Below, piece after piece: positions 48,026 through 58,129 of a DNA stretch of 64,000 bases (positions are counted from its first letter, which is position 1; each line of letters opens with the position of its first letter). The notes below the pieces were generated by a model. The model was given only the letters and a program-made list of their open reading frames with translations. It had not been told where the DNA came from and made no database searches. This DNA is from an uncultured archaeon (GTDB lineage: Archaea > Asgardarchaeota > Thorarchaeia > Thorarchaeales > Thorarchaeaceae). The DNA is taken from positions 160,001 through 224,000 of the forward strand of contig CAYYQL010000001.1 in the NCBI GenBank assembly GCA_964473825.1, read 5' to 3'. The translations under genes were made by a program, and so were the position numbers.

Positions 48026-49438
48026 ATGTGGAAAAATGATTCGCTTGACAGGCTCTTCAATCCAGAGTCGGTTGCAGTGATCGGAGCTTCGGACAAAGCA
48101 GAAAAACTCGGGGCTCTCACTCTTGTTGCTCTGTCAAACTACAGAGGCAAAGTGTTTCCTGTTAACCCCCGGCTAGACAGGATTGGAAACCTAGAATGTT
48201 ACCCTGAGATAGGTGCAATTGGTCAAAAGGTAGATCTTGCAATCATAGCTCTTGGTCCAAAACACATACTTCCGACCATTCAGGAGTGCGCCGAGGCAGG
48301 GGTCGGCGGAGCAATCGTCTTCTCAGCCGGATTTAAGGAGCTCGGCGAGGTAGGTGCTGAAGCTCAACGTGAGCTTCAGAGTGTTGCCGATTCTGGCAAG
48401 ATTGCAGTGATTGGCCCTAACTGCCTTGGCGCTGGAAATGTGAACCTAGATCTCAACGCCACGTTCTTCCCACATCCTGTAAGCCTTCGGAAAGGGTCTG
48501 TTGCCGTTATCAGTCAAAGCGGGGGCGTATCTGGTCTCATGCTATACAGAGCGGCTGATAATGGAGTGGGGGTATCAAAATTCGCGAGCGTCGGTAACCG
48601 CGTGAACATAGACTTCGGAGACCTTCTGCGATACCTCCGAGATGATTCAGAGACCAGTACTATATGCATGTTCATTGAAGGAACAGAAAAGGCAAGGGAC
48701 ATGTACTCGGAGATGCGCAAAACAACTCGAGAGAAACCGGTTCTTGTGTTCAAGGTTGGCAAGACACCTGCATCAAGAGAAGCTGCACTGAGTCACACAG
48801 GGAGTATGGCGGGGAAGGCAGAGATATACTCTGCTGCAATCAAGCAGGCTGGTGCGTTAGAACTCCCAAGCATAGTAGACATGATGGACACAGCGAAGGT
48901 TGTTTCGACTGCCAAGTCAATACCTACAGGCACCAAGGTGGCGGTGATAACCCACAGTCTGGGGATTGCGCTGATTGCTGCACAGACATTGGAGGAGAAT
49001 GGAATGGAATTGCCTGTTCCGGATAGTGATACAGCGTCCAGAATTGAAGAACTCCTGGAAATGCCTGTTCATGTGCCCATCAAGAATCCCATTGATCTCC
49101 TTGCCAAGGGTTGGGCCGAACCCGATGTTTTTGCCAAGGCCTTTCAGATAATAGCCGAGAAACCCGAGTATGACGCTCTACTAACTGTCTTCTCACCAAA
49201 TTACCAAGAGGGAATCGGTGGAGGAATGCCAGTAGAGAGGATTGTTGAAGTCACGACCAGGTGCGAGAAACTGGTTGTCAGTGTGCTTAACTCTCCCGAG
49301 GATAGAGCTCCACCAAAGGTTGAGGTTCTTGAACAGGGGGGCATTCCGTTCTTTTCAAGCCCTCAAAGAGCCGGTAGAGCCCTGGCTAATGCACTCAAAC
49401 TCAGCCAGACGAGGTCGAAACCCAGATATGACGAATAA
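48026..49438 (+). CDS. acdA: ADP-forming acetate/acyl-CoA ligase alpha subunit
   Basis: LFNPESVAVIGAS, GPNCLG, SQSGG, SVGN, SHTGSMAG (phospho-His), NPIDL. Confidence 0.92.
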   Translation: MWKNDSLDRLFNPESVAVIGASDKAEKLGALTLVALSNYRGKVFPVNPRLDRIGNLECYPEIGAIGQKVDLAIIALGPKHILPTIQECAEAGVGGAIVFSAGFKELGEVGAEAQRELQSVADSGKIAVIGPNCLGAGNVNLDLNATFFPHPVSLRKGSVAVISQSGGVSGLMLYRAADNGVGVSKFASVGNRVNIDFGDLLRYLRDDSETSTICMFIEGTEKARDMYSEMRKTTREKPVLVFKVGKTPASREAALSHTGSMAGKAEIYSAAIKQAGALELPSIVDMMDTAKVVSTAKSIPTGTKVAVITHSLGIALIAAQTLEENGMELPVPDSDTASRIEELLEMPVHVPIKNPIDLLAKGWAEPDVFAKAFQIIAEKPEYDALLTVFSPNYQEGIGGGMPVERIVEVTTRCEKLVVSVLNSPEDRAPPKVEVLEQGGIPFFSSPQRAGRALANALKLSQTRSKPRYDE

Positions 49439-49492
49439 TAGGTCAATGACTATGCTCCCCCGTATGGGGCTCCAGTGGAGGACAAATGTTCA

Positions 49493-50830
49493 ATGAGGAT
49501 CGATGCGAGCAGATGCGCCCCACAAGACTGCCAACATGAGTGTGTAGATGCCTGTCAGAATATCCATGGAGAGAAATCACCCTTAGATGTGGAGAAATCG
49601 CTACACCCCGTGATTGACCAAGCAAGGTGTACAAATTGCCTAGCCTGCGCGAGAGCGTGTCCGCATGATGCCATCCTAACGGACAATCAGTCCGAGGAGT
49701 CAGTATCGCAGAGATCGGTTGTCTTAGCTGATGACAGAGATATTGCAGTCTATGAAACCTCGAGTCAGCTGAAACGTTTTCCCGAGTCTGATATGGTCTT
49801 TGCAAGAGTACACAATGATTCAACCTTTCAGAACTACCGTAAGTCAGAATTCTTCGGTGCTGAGGAGATGATCTCGCGTCAGATCCCAGGATATTCGCGC
49901 TTTGAGCACGAACTCACAAGAGCCGCTTGGGAGTACTATGATAAACGAAACCTCATAGAAAAAGACTCGGCGGCCACTAGGAGAGGTAAAGGAAGACGCG
50001 CTAGTTCATTGAAACCCACCAACATGGTGAAGAGGGCCGCCAAGTTTCTTGGTGCAGATTTAGTTGGGATCACACAGATTGATCAACGCTGGATATACTC
50101 TACTGACAGAGAAGGGAACACATACGATATTCCGGAGGGTATCGAGTATGCGATTGTCATGGCTCTAGAAATGGACTATGACGCCATAGCAACATCCCCG
50201 AGTTTCACAAGCTCCGCAGAAACTGGCCGGGGCTACTCGCGAATGGCCTTCTTGGAAACCGAGGTCTCTGCTTTTTTGCGAAGACTTGGCTACCGAGCAG
50301 TGCCCTGTGGAAACGATATAGCACTCAGCGTTCCGCTTGCGATTGATGCTGGTTTAGGGCAGTATGGCAGACATGGACTGCTGATAACTCGCGAATATGG
50401 CCCAAGAGTCAGACTGGCCAAGGTGCTGACTGACATGCCACTTGTTCCGAGCCGAGTTGACACAAGATTCTGCGAAGCGGTAACACGATTCTGTGAGATA
50501 TGTGGTAAATGTGCGGAGATGTGTCCATCTCAGTCAATCCCATATGAAGAAGAGAGAACTTGGGCAGGGCAAGGCAAATCGAACAATCCGGGTGCAAAGA
50601 AGTGGTACGTTGACGTCGAATCCTGCTACAACTTCTGGATAGAGAACGGATGCGATTGCTCCAACTGCATAAGATCTTGCCCGTTTAACAAAAGAAATGG
50701 CTGGCTTCACAAAACTGTCACATTCCTTGTAGAGCGGTTTCCATGGCTGCACAGATTGATACTTGCTCTTGATGATATGCTCGGATTCGGCAGACAGAAG
50801 CGAACAGATGAGTTCTGGCGGCGTCTATAG
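49493..50830 (+). CDS. rdhA: Reductive dehalogenase-like cobalamin/2x[4Fe-4S] protein with an N-terminal RLI-type Fe-S domain
   Basis: GADLVGI, PLAIDAGLG..GRHGLLIT..YGPRVRL..VLTDMPL, FCEICGKCAEMCP, C..FW...CSNCIRSCP; no Tat signal; ATG at 49493 after GGAGG. Confidence 0.85.
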   Translation: MRIDASRCAPQDCQHECVDACQNIHGEKSPLDVEKSLHPVIDQARCTNCLACARACPHDAILTDNQSEESVSQRSVVLADDRDIAVYETSSQLKRFPESDMVFARVHNDSTFQNYRKSEFFGAEEMISRQIPGYSRFEHELTRAAWEYYDKRNLIEKDSAATRRGKGRRASSLKPTNMVKRAAKFLGADLVGITQIDQRWIYSTDREGNTYDIPEGIEYAIVMALEMDYDAIATSPSFTSSAETGRGYSRMAFLETEVSAFLRRLGYRAVPCGNDIALSVPLAIDAGLGQYGRHGLLITREYGPRVRLAKVLTDMPLVPSRVDTRFCEAVTRFCEICGKCAEMCPSQSIPYEEERTWAGQGKSNNPGAKKWYVDVESCYNFWIENGCDCSNCIRSCPFNKRNGWLHKTVTFLVERFPWLHRLILALDDMLGFGRQKRTDEFWRRL

Positions 50831-50874
50831 AGGAACAGATTCGTGGCAAAGTCCAAAAAGCGTCTTCTTCAAGA

Positions 50875-51273
50875 CTAGCGGTCATCTGCCATGCTCGCAG
50901 TAGCCGCAGAGACCGTAGCCTGCCAGTTTTCCGAAAAGAATACTAGCCACGCAACTACCGACTCCAACATGTGCTCTAGGTTTTGATCAGCTCTGAATAA
51001 CATGAAACCGGTTGATGTGAGAATCCTATCATGCTTGAATCGGAAGCACACTGAGCCATCACGATTCTTTACCGAAGAGGCACTGTATCGAGCAAGTGAA
51101 ACACCCGTAGCGTCAGCCACAGATTCTTTGAAGACCCTCCCTAGAGCATTACCGCTTCTATCCGATACTACTCGTGACGGAGAGAAACGACCCAAAACTT
51201 TTCGCGAACCGTCCATGATCAATGGGCCTTCTATGTGCCCTATTGTACTTCCTGAGCTATCGAATATCTGCAA
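50875..51273 (-). CDS. Beta-hairpin repeat hypothetical protein
   Basis: About six ~16-aa repeats of (I/V)xD/NxxGxxLG/A. Confidence 0.65.
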   Translation of the reverse strand: MQIFDSSGSTIGHIEGPLIMDGSRKVLGRFSPSRVVSDRSGNALGRVFKESVADATGVSLARYSASSVKNRDGSVCFRFKHDRILTSTGFMLFRADQNLEHMLESVVAWLVFFSENWQATVSAATASMADDR

Positions 51274-51564
51274 ATCAGTTCAAGATTGACAGGTCTGTTT
51301 GGCCATATCAGTATGTCCCCTGTTCGCCATCTGGCCGTCGACATAAACTTGATATACACGAAAAACCGGGCATTTTGATGATATGTGCCACGGTTGGCAG
51401 GAATCAGAATACCATTTCGTTTGACGGTGAAATCAGTGATTTCCCGAGAGTATCTCAAGTATTAACAAACATGTGGAGATAAGAAAACAACCCGAAAGTA
51501 CTCGAAAACAATCCTGCTAAGGTCTAACATAAGACAGTAATCAGAGAGAGTATAGTGATGTTTC

Positions 51565-52221
51565 ATGAATGACCAATGCGACTATCCATTTGGCTACGAC
51601 GAGAACGGTAAACACAGCCGGCTCAAGCAGATCGTCGACGAACTCAACCTCACCCACAGAGCAGAGGTCGCACGGCGACATGTTGGAATGGACATATTTC
51701 ATGGTGTGCTTCCGATTCTCGGAATCGCGACTGCGGGCATCATCACGGCTCAAAGTCAGCATTTCAGTCTCTTCTATGAAGCAACGGTTCTAGGTTCGGT
51801 AGGTACTGCTATAGCTTTCTTTGTAGAGGGTTTCTTTGCAGCATATCTGACCGAGACTGCTGAGGGCAAGAAGATTGTATCAGAACTCGAAGAGACAGGT
51901 CGTACCAGATTGAGCCACTCAGTGATAGTGCGAGCAGAGCACCATACAACAATCTACATTGCGCTCTTAGATGGATCGGTTCCTTCACTGACGGCATTAG
52001 CCACACTGAGCCCCATGTTCTTGCCGCTGGCAGGTATACTCACATATGTACAATCTTTCTATGCATCTCTAGTCGTTGGGTTTGTCATGCTCATCATCCT
52101 GGGATCATACTATGCGAGAATCGGAGAGGATAGTGTCCTGAAACACACTACGAGAACTATTGCAGCAGGAGTCCTCACAATCGCGATACTAGCGGTGTTG
52201 GCAATCGTGACCGGGGCATAG
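51565..52221 (+). CDS. VIT1/CCC1-like membrane protein
   Basis: ARRH....FHGVL..LGI, AYLTE.AE, about 5 TM segments. Confidence 0.7.
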   Translation: MNDQCDYPFGYDENGKHSRLKQIVDELNLTHRAEVARRHVGMDIFHGVLPILGIATAGIITAQSQHFSLFYEATVLGSVGTAIAFFVEGFFAAYLTETAEGKKIVSELEETGRTRLSHSVIVRAEHHTTIYIALLDGSVPSLTALATLSPMFLPLAGILTYVQSFYASLVVGFVMLIILGSYYARIGEDSVLKHTTRTIAAGVLTIAILAVLAIVTGA

Positions 52222-52278
52222 GATTCCGATGCGATTATTAGAGTAGTCTTTTCAAGAGCGGGCCAGCAGGGATGCGAT

Positions 52279-54882
52279 TTGGCCAAGTACACCCCCATGC
52301 AACGTCAGTATCTTGAGCTGAAACGCCAATACCCTGATAGCATACTGATGTTTCGTCTTGGCGATTTCTTCGAGATGTTCAACGAAGATGCCAAGACCGC
52401 GAGCAAAGTGCTTGACATCGTCTTGACCGCGCGCGGGGAAGGCGTAGATAAGTGGCCCATGTGCGGAGTTCCGCATCATTCTGTTGAAAACTACATTGCT
52501 AGACTCCTCAGAGAAGGCCATACAGTCGCATTGGCTGATCAGGTAGAAGATGCGTCCCAGGCAAAGGGGCTTGTCAAGAGAGATGTGGTCCGCGTAATAA
52601 CACCAGGGACTCTTCTGGAACCAAGCATGCTTCAAGACGAAGTGAATAACTATCTCTTGGCGTTAGTTGAGCATGATGACAAGGTGGGTCTCGCCTCAAT
52701 CGACATCAGTACGGGAGAGTTCCGAGCAACCGAGATTGAAGGAGAAGCCCTATCGGAGGAGGTTCTCAACGAAATTGACCGAATCTCACCCTCAGAAATC
52801 CTAATACCAGATTCATTCAGCAAGAGAGAGAGATTCATAGCACACTTGAATGATGTTTGTGAAAAGCTCACCTACAGAAACGATTTGGTCTTCTCTGCAA
52901 GAACGGCTGAACAGAGAGTGAAGGAGCAATTCGGTGTCAAGACTCTGGAAGGCTATGGCATCCATGATAAGAGAGTTGCATTAGGTGCCGCGGGAGCTAT
53001 CTTGGAGTATCTTCATGAGGTCTTGAAGACGAACACCTCTACCGTTACAGGCCTCCGGACTTACTCCATCGAAGAATACATGATAGTTGATGCAACTACA
53101 CAGCGAAACCTAGAGCTCGTCAGGAATGCCAGAGACGGGTCCCAACGGGGCACCCTGCTCTCGGTGCTATCTGACACACAGACTGCCATGGGCAAACGCA
53201 AGATAAAGCAGTGGATACTACAACCACTATCTGATATCGATAGAATCGAAGGCAGACTCGATGCAGTGGAAGAATTGTCAAGAGGTGCAATTATTCGGCA
53301 GAGTATTGCTGAGAGTCTGAGGCCGTTGGGAGACCTAGAGAGAATAACTAGTCGGATAGCCTTTGGATCCGCGAGTGCGAGGGATCTTCTATCACTTCGG
53401 TATGTGCTAGATAGAATCCCAAGTATCCTTGAAGCTCTCAAGGAGTGTGCAAGTAAGCTACTCGTGGACCAGAGGGAGAGAATCGATCCTCTGGACCATC
53501 TTCGCGAAGAACTCAAACGCGCTATTATTGATGACCCTCCAGCAACCGTGAAAGAAGGAGGAATGATCAAGGATGGCTACAGTGATGAGTTGGACAAGCT
53601 CCGGGAGTCAATTGCGTCTGATAAGAAGTGGATTGCGTCGCTCCAAGCCAGAGAAAGAAGAAGAACAGGGATCAAGTCGCTCAAGGTGGGTTACAACAAG
53701 GTCTTCGGATACTACATTGAAGTGACAAAGGCAAACATGAACCGAGTACCAGAGGACTATGATAGGAAACAGACTCTGACAAACGCAGAGAGATACATCA
53801 CGCCAGAGCTCAAAGAGAAAGAAGCCTCTGTTCTCGCAGGTGAGGACAAGATAAACAGCCTAGAGTACGAGTTGTACGAAGAGCTGAGATCGAAGGTTCG
53901 TGAAGTAGCTAAGGTTCTGCATAGCAACGCCGACGCCCTCGCAACAATTGATGTCATAGCCGCACTAGCAGAAACTGCCGTGAAGAGAAGGTACTGTAGG
54001 CCTATCCTGAAAGAGGATACAAGCATCGAAATCATTGATGGTCGCCATCCATGCATGGAGATGATTCTAGGGCCAAACGAGTTTGTTCCCAACAGTCTGG
54101 AGATGGGGGACGGGCATTGTACGCTACTCATTGTAACAGGTCCTAACATGAGCGGCAAGTCCACATATGGCAGACAGGCTGCAATCATTGCAATCATGGC
54201 CCAGATGGGCTCCTTTGTTCCAGCCAAACAAGCGCGAATAGGGGTTATTGACCGAGTCTTCACACGGGTTGGTGCATTTGACGACCTGACGGCACGACAG
54301 AGCACCTTCATGGTGGAGATGATAGAGACTGCGAACATCCTAAACAATGCCACAGAGAGGAGTTTCGTTGTTCTGGATGAGATTGGCAGAGGGACCTCCA
54401 CATTCGATGGCATGGCCCTTGCTTGGGCCGTCGCCGAACGGATTGTACAGAAGAAGACACGTACAATCTTCGCGACTCACTTCCACCAGTTGACAGATAT
54501 GGCCTCCAAGTATCACGGTGTCAAGAACGTGCATACGCTGGCAAAGGAGAGCGGTGACTCAATCGTCTTCCTCCATAAGGTCGTCGAGGGTGGTACAGAC
54601 AAGAGCTACGGCGTCCATGTTGCTGCTCTAGCGGGGGTACCTGAAGACGTTGTGAACAGAGCCAGACAACTACTCAGTCTTCTAGAGAAACAAAACCGCG
54701 TTGAAATCGGAGAATCGGAGGGGGATGCGGTCCAAGAGGTTCAGACATCTCTGGAACCACTCACGGTGGAAGACCCGATCATAGAGCAGATTAGACACCT
54801 TGACCTTGAGCGCGTCACTCCAATCGATGCACTCCTTCGGCTCAAGGAGATGCGAGATGAGATTCGACGGCGTGACGCCTAG
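52279..54882 (+). CDS. mutS: DNA mismatch repair protein MutS (MutS1)
   Basis: TPMQRQY..LK, FRLGDFFEMF, TPGT, GPNMSGKST, STFMVEM, DEIGRGTST, SYGVHVA. Confidence 0.97.
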   Translation: MAKYTPMQRQYLELKRQYPDSILMFRLGDFFEMFNEDAKTASKVLDIVLTARGEGVDKWPMCGVPHHSVENYIARLLREGHTVALADQVEDASQAKGLVKRDVVRVITPGTLLEPSMLQDEVNNYLLALVEHDDKVGLASIDISTGEFRATEIEGEALSEEVLNEIDRISPSEILIPDSFSKRERFIAHLNDVCEKLTYRNDLVFSARTAEQRVKEQFGVKTLEGYGIHDKRVALGAAGAILEYLHEVLKTNTSTVTGLRTYSIEEYMIVDATTQRNLELVRNARDGSQRGTLLSVLSDTQTAMGKRKIKQWILQPLSDIDRIEGRLDAVEELSRGAIIRQSIAESLRPLGDLERITSRIAFGSASARDLLSLRYVLDRIPSILEALKECASKLLVDQRERIDPLDHLREELKRAIIDDPPATVKEGGMIKDGYSDELDKLRESIASDKKWIASLQARERRRTGIKSLKVGYNKVFGYYIEVTKANMNRVPEDYDRKQTLTNAERYITPELKEKEASVLAGEDKINSLEYELYEELRSKVREVAKVLHSNADALATIDVIAALAETAVKRRYCRPILKEDTSIEIIDGRHPCMEMILGPNEFVPNSLEMGDGHCTLLIVTGPNMSGKSTYGRQAAIIAIMAQMGSFVPAKQARIGVIDRVFTRVGAFDDLTARQSTFMVEMIETANILNNATERSFVVLDEIGRGTSTFDGMALAWAVAERIVQKKTRTIFATHFHQLTDMASKYHGVKNVHTLAKESGDSIVFLHKVVEGGTDKSYGVHVAALAGVPEDVVNRARQLLSLLEKQNRVEIGESEGDAVQEVQTSLEPLTVEDPIIEQIRHLDLERVTPIDALLRLKEMRDEIRRRDA

Positions 54883-56535
54883 CTACACGACCTCTTGTGC
54901 CAATAGGGGCGCAACAGGACTGTAGACCATAATCATGGAGAAGGGGGCACGAATAGGATCCAGCTTCGTCCTGACCGCAGTCTGGTACAATGTCCATCGT
55001 GATGGAAAACACATCGGGGTTTTCTGGGTAAACGCGCATCTTGAGGAAAAGTACTCCTTGCCGGGTTTCAGCGGCATCCTGGAGATTGAAGGTGAGGATC
55101 TTATCGATTTCGAATCAGGCAGACTTCATCAGGAATAATGGAATGTCATTTGCTGCGGCTACAAACGTGGATAGTGATTGAATAATCATGGATAGGAGAG
55201 GCTCCTTTTTCTCGATTCAATGACGAAGGGGTAATCCCATCAGCTGACAGCTTCGCTTGAAGACTCATTGCGTTCACATGAGACTGTTAGGGCCTGCTGT
55301 AAGTCATCGAGAACCCGCCGACCTGTGCAGATAGTATGACGCGGGGCCCATGCAGAATATAATCTGGATTTTCTAGCTTTTGCTCCTCTTCAGATATCCA
55401 AAGAGTCTCTACTGTGAGAACTGGTTTTCCACCACGAGCGTAGGGTGACATGTATTCGACTTCAAAGAGTGATTCTTCCTCAGCAGTCAATGTCACACGA
55501 AGGTCATATTCATCTAATGTTTCCCGGTTCTTCCGATATTTGAAATTCAAGGGTGATAACGTATATCCCACGAAACTCAAGTCATCATCTACAGCACTGT
55601 AGACGCGACCTTGCGACACGAGAATGTTGACCGAGTAGTCCCCGGATTGGAGTGTTTCGGGCAGAGTGAAGGATTCTGAATCAGGGACGGAAAATGCCGA
55701 GAATCGACCTACCTCGATGCCAGCGATTATCGCTTCTCCTGTCAACGCATCAAGGAGTTCCAAGCAAATACTCATCTTATCAGACCGATGAGCATAGTCC
55801 ATACTTAATGAGCTAGAACTCACGTTCACGTTTCTATGATAGGCGCGCAGTGAAAGGTCAGTAAATGCAACATCGAAATATGTTGTCTTCGGACATGAAC
55901 CAGTGACAGGCAATCTACCAGCATATGCAGGAATGGGATTCTCATAGACGACCGACGACTTCTCACCACTGAATGAAGCAGTTACTTGGCTTTCCATCGT
56001 ACTACCGATACTGCAATTGATGGCGAATCCTAGTTGAGCAATCCCGTCCTCATCATAGATGACGAACCTGAAAATCTGTTGGAAGATCGATATAGAACTC
56101 AGAAGCAGCTGCACTAGCACGTTCCGGATGTATCTCTAGGGTTGTTCGCTCAATCATCCCATAGAGAACTCCGTTTAGCCTGTAAGCAACGCTGAATAAC
56201 CGTTTCTTATGGCCAGTGTGTAATCACCAGCTTGAATCCTGAGGGGATAATCGACACCCCTGGGGGCCGTCCCGTGGCCACTGATATCCCCACCGTTAGG
56301 CATTGTCTGGATCGTCCAATCATTTCCTAATGAGTATCCATCATTACCTACGAACTCCATGTCAAAGAAGATATTTCCATCTGCTGGAATCATCGAATCG
56401 GCATCTGGATCATGGTATGATGCGTATCTGAAAGAGTGGAGGTCCAGGTATACTGCACCGAGATCATAAAGCCCGGTTTTGGTATGCTTGATGCAGTCAC
56501 AGAAATCATAAGGAATCCTTAAATAATCATTCTGT
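54883..56535 (-). pseudogene. Fragmented remnant of a large beta-rich (probably surface) protein gene
   Basis: Protein-like segments 56175-56535 and 55287-56120 share one frame but are separated by TAA/TGA/TAG stops; the upstream segment has no start for its first ~47 codons; further fragment near 55039. Confidence 0.5.
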
Positions 56536-56598
56536 TAAATAGTTACTTGGCTCTCACAAGGTAACTCTTGCTAGAATAGGTGGAGATGATACGTCTAG

Positions 56599-57090
56599 AT
56601 GAAAGAGAACCAGAAGGTGCTTCTAGTACTAGTCTTTTGTCTTGTTGTCGTCAGTGGAATGTTCTTTGTCGAGGCAGGACGTGAAACCTACAATGATGAC
56701 ACGCCTGACGCGACCTTTGGCACATGGACTGCATCTGATGATTGCTATGAAGAGTATGCGAATGGCGCATATCAGTGTGAAATGCTGTTTGTATTCACTG
56801 AGATACGAACTGATGGTTCTGCCTACTACATCAACATTGACTATGATGGGTGTGATCCTGGTTACCCTTGGAACTGTGAGAGTATTTACGCACATTACAA
56901 GTGGGGATCAGGTGAGTGGATACTCATTGCATGGTTCGATTATGTAGTAAGTGATAAAGATTGGTCAATCAATGATCCAGGTGATGAGGACACTCTCTAC
57001 CTACGATTCAAAGACGCTGCACCTTCAAGCGACTCTACGAAGCACACATGGTATTTCAGTGATACTCCATATGTCGCGGTTGACTATTAG
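56599..57090 (+). CDS. Small secreted acidic protein with two Cys pairs
   Basis: Signal peptide MKENQKVLLVLVFCLVVVSGMFFVEA; mature part rich in D/Y/W with C-x10-C and C-x7-C. Confidence 0.8.
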   Translation: MKENQKVLLVLVFCLVVVSGMFFVEAGRETYNDDTPDATFGTWTASDDCYEEYANGAYQCEMLFVFTEIRTDGSAYYINIDYDGCDPGYPWNCESIYAHYKWGSGEWILIAWFDYVVSDKDWSINDPGDEDTLYLRFKDAAPSSDSTKHTWYFSDTPYVAVDY

Positions 57091-57109
57091 GATTAATGGA
57101 TCAATATGA

Positions 57110-57156
57110 GGGTCTTGGAGTCAGGGATGACCATGTCTGTAGTTATCCCAAGACCC
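57110..57156 (+). terminator. Intergenic stem-loop between the secreted protein and the ABC ATPase
   Basis: GGGTCTTGG (57110-57118) pairs with CCAAGACCC (57148-57156). Confidence 0.5.
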
Positions 57157-57184
57157 CTATCTCTTAATTTTGAAAGTGCGAGTT

Positions 57185-58129
57185 ATGAGGCGTGGTGTGT
57201 CTAGAGTGGAGAAAAGAAACGCGATAATAGATATAGATCATCTCTACAAGAGATTTGGCAGCGTCACTGCACTTGATGGCCTTTCACTTGAGGTGAGTGA
57301 CGGGATCTTCGGACTGATTGGCCCAAATGGTGCTGGAAAGACAACGCTCTTGAAGATCTTGCTTGGTCTGTTGAAACCGGATGGGGGGCGTGCTAAGGTC
57401 CTGGGCCATGATGTTTCAAGAGAGTCCATTCAGATACGTAAGAGAATCGGCGTTCTCCATGAGAAGGCCTATTTCCCAGTTTCCATGAGTCCAACGAGTT
57501 ATCTAAGAGTGGTCAATAGAGTCTACAACTCAACAACCTCCATTGATGAGATACTATCGCTGGTTGGTCTGGAACACGCAGCCGAGAGGAAGATTGGCCA
57601 ACTGTCAGCGGGAATGCACAGAAGGCTTGGGCTGGCTCAGGCACTCTGTGGGAATCCCGAACTCGTCTTTCTGGACGAACCGACGATACATCTTGACGCC
57701 GGTGGTCGCGATGATGTTGTGAGCCTCCTTGCAAGAGTCCATCGCGAGGCTGGTGTGTCGTTCTTTATCGCATCCCACATCCTGTCCGAGCTTGAGAGGT
57801 CCTGTCACACAGTCGCCTTTGTCAGAGCAGGAAAGGTAGTGGACTCAGGCACGGTCAGTGAGCTGGTCACGCGATACACCAAGGACCGATACCTGATCAT
57901 AGCATCGGACTCGAGTCGTCTCTCCAAGTTACTCAGGGCTGACAAGAGAATAGTTGATGTGACAATCATAGGAACCGCGAGCGTCGTTGCAGAGGTTTCA
58001 GATGAGGCCGATGTTGCTATAGAGGAACTTCTACATACCATGGCCACACCAAGTGGTATAACAGTCTACCGGGTCGAGCCAACCGGAACCCTTGAGGACG
58101 TATACAGGAAGGTGAACCGCAGTGAGTAG
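57185..58129 (+). CDS. ABC-2 type exporter ATP-binding protein
   Basis: GPNGAGKT, LSAGM, LDEPT, SHILSE; start approximate. Confidence 0.93.
   Translation: MRRGVSRVEKRNAIIDIDHLYKRFGSVTALDGLSLEVSDGIFGLIGPNGAGKTTLLKILLGLLKPDGGRAKVLGHDVSRESIQIRKRIGVLHEKAYFPVSMSPTSYLRVVNRVYNSTTSIDEILSLVGLEHAAERKIGQLSAGMHRRLGLAQALCGNPELVFLDEPTIHLDAGGRDDVVSLLARVHREAGVSFFIASHILSELERSCHTVAFVRAGKVVDSGTVSELVTRYTKDRYLIIASDSSRLSKLLRADKRIVDVTIIGTASVVAEVSDEADVAIEELLHTMATPSGITVYRVEPTGTLEDVYRKVNRSE

Noticed and set aside
52279-54882. mutS without adjacent mutL
   Set aside because: The two genes are often unlinked; cannot be judged from one window
56136-56177. Stop-codon read-through joining two in-frame ORFs
   Set aside because: Three different stops (TAA, TGA, TAG) in 14 codons indicate decay, not recoding
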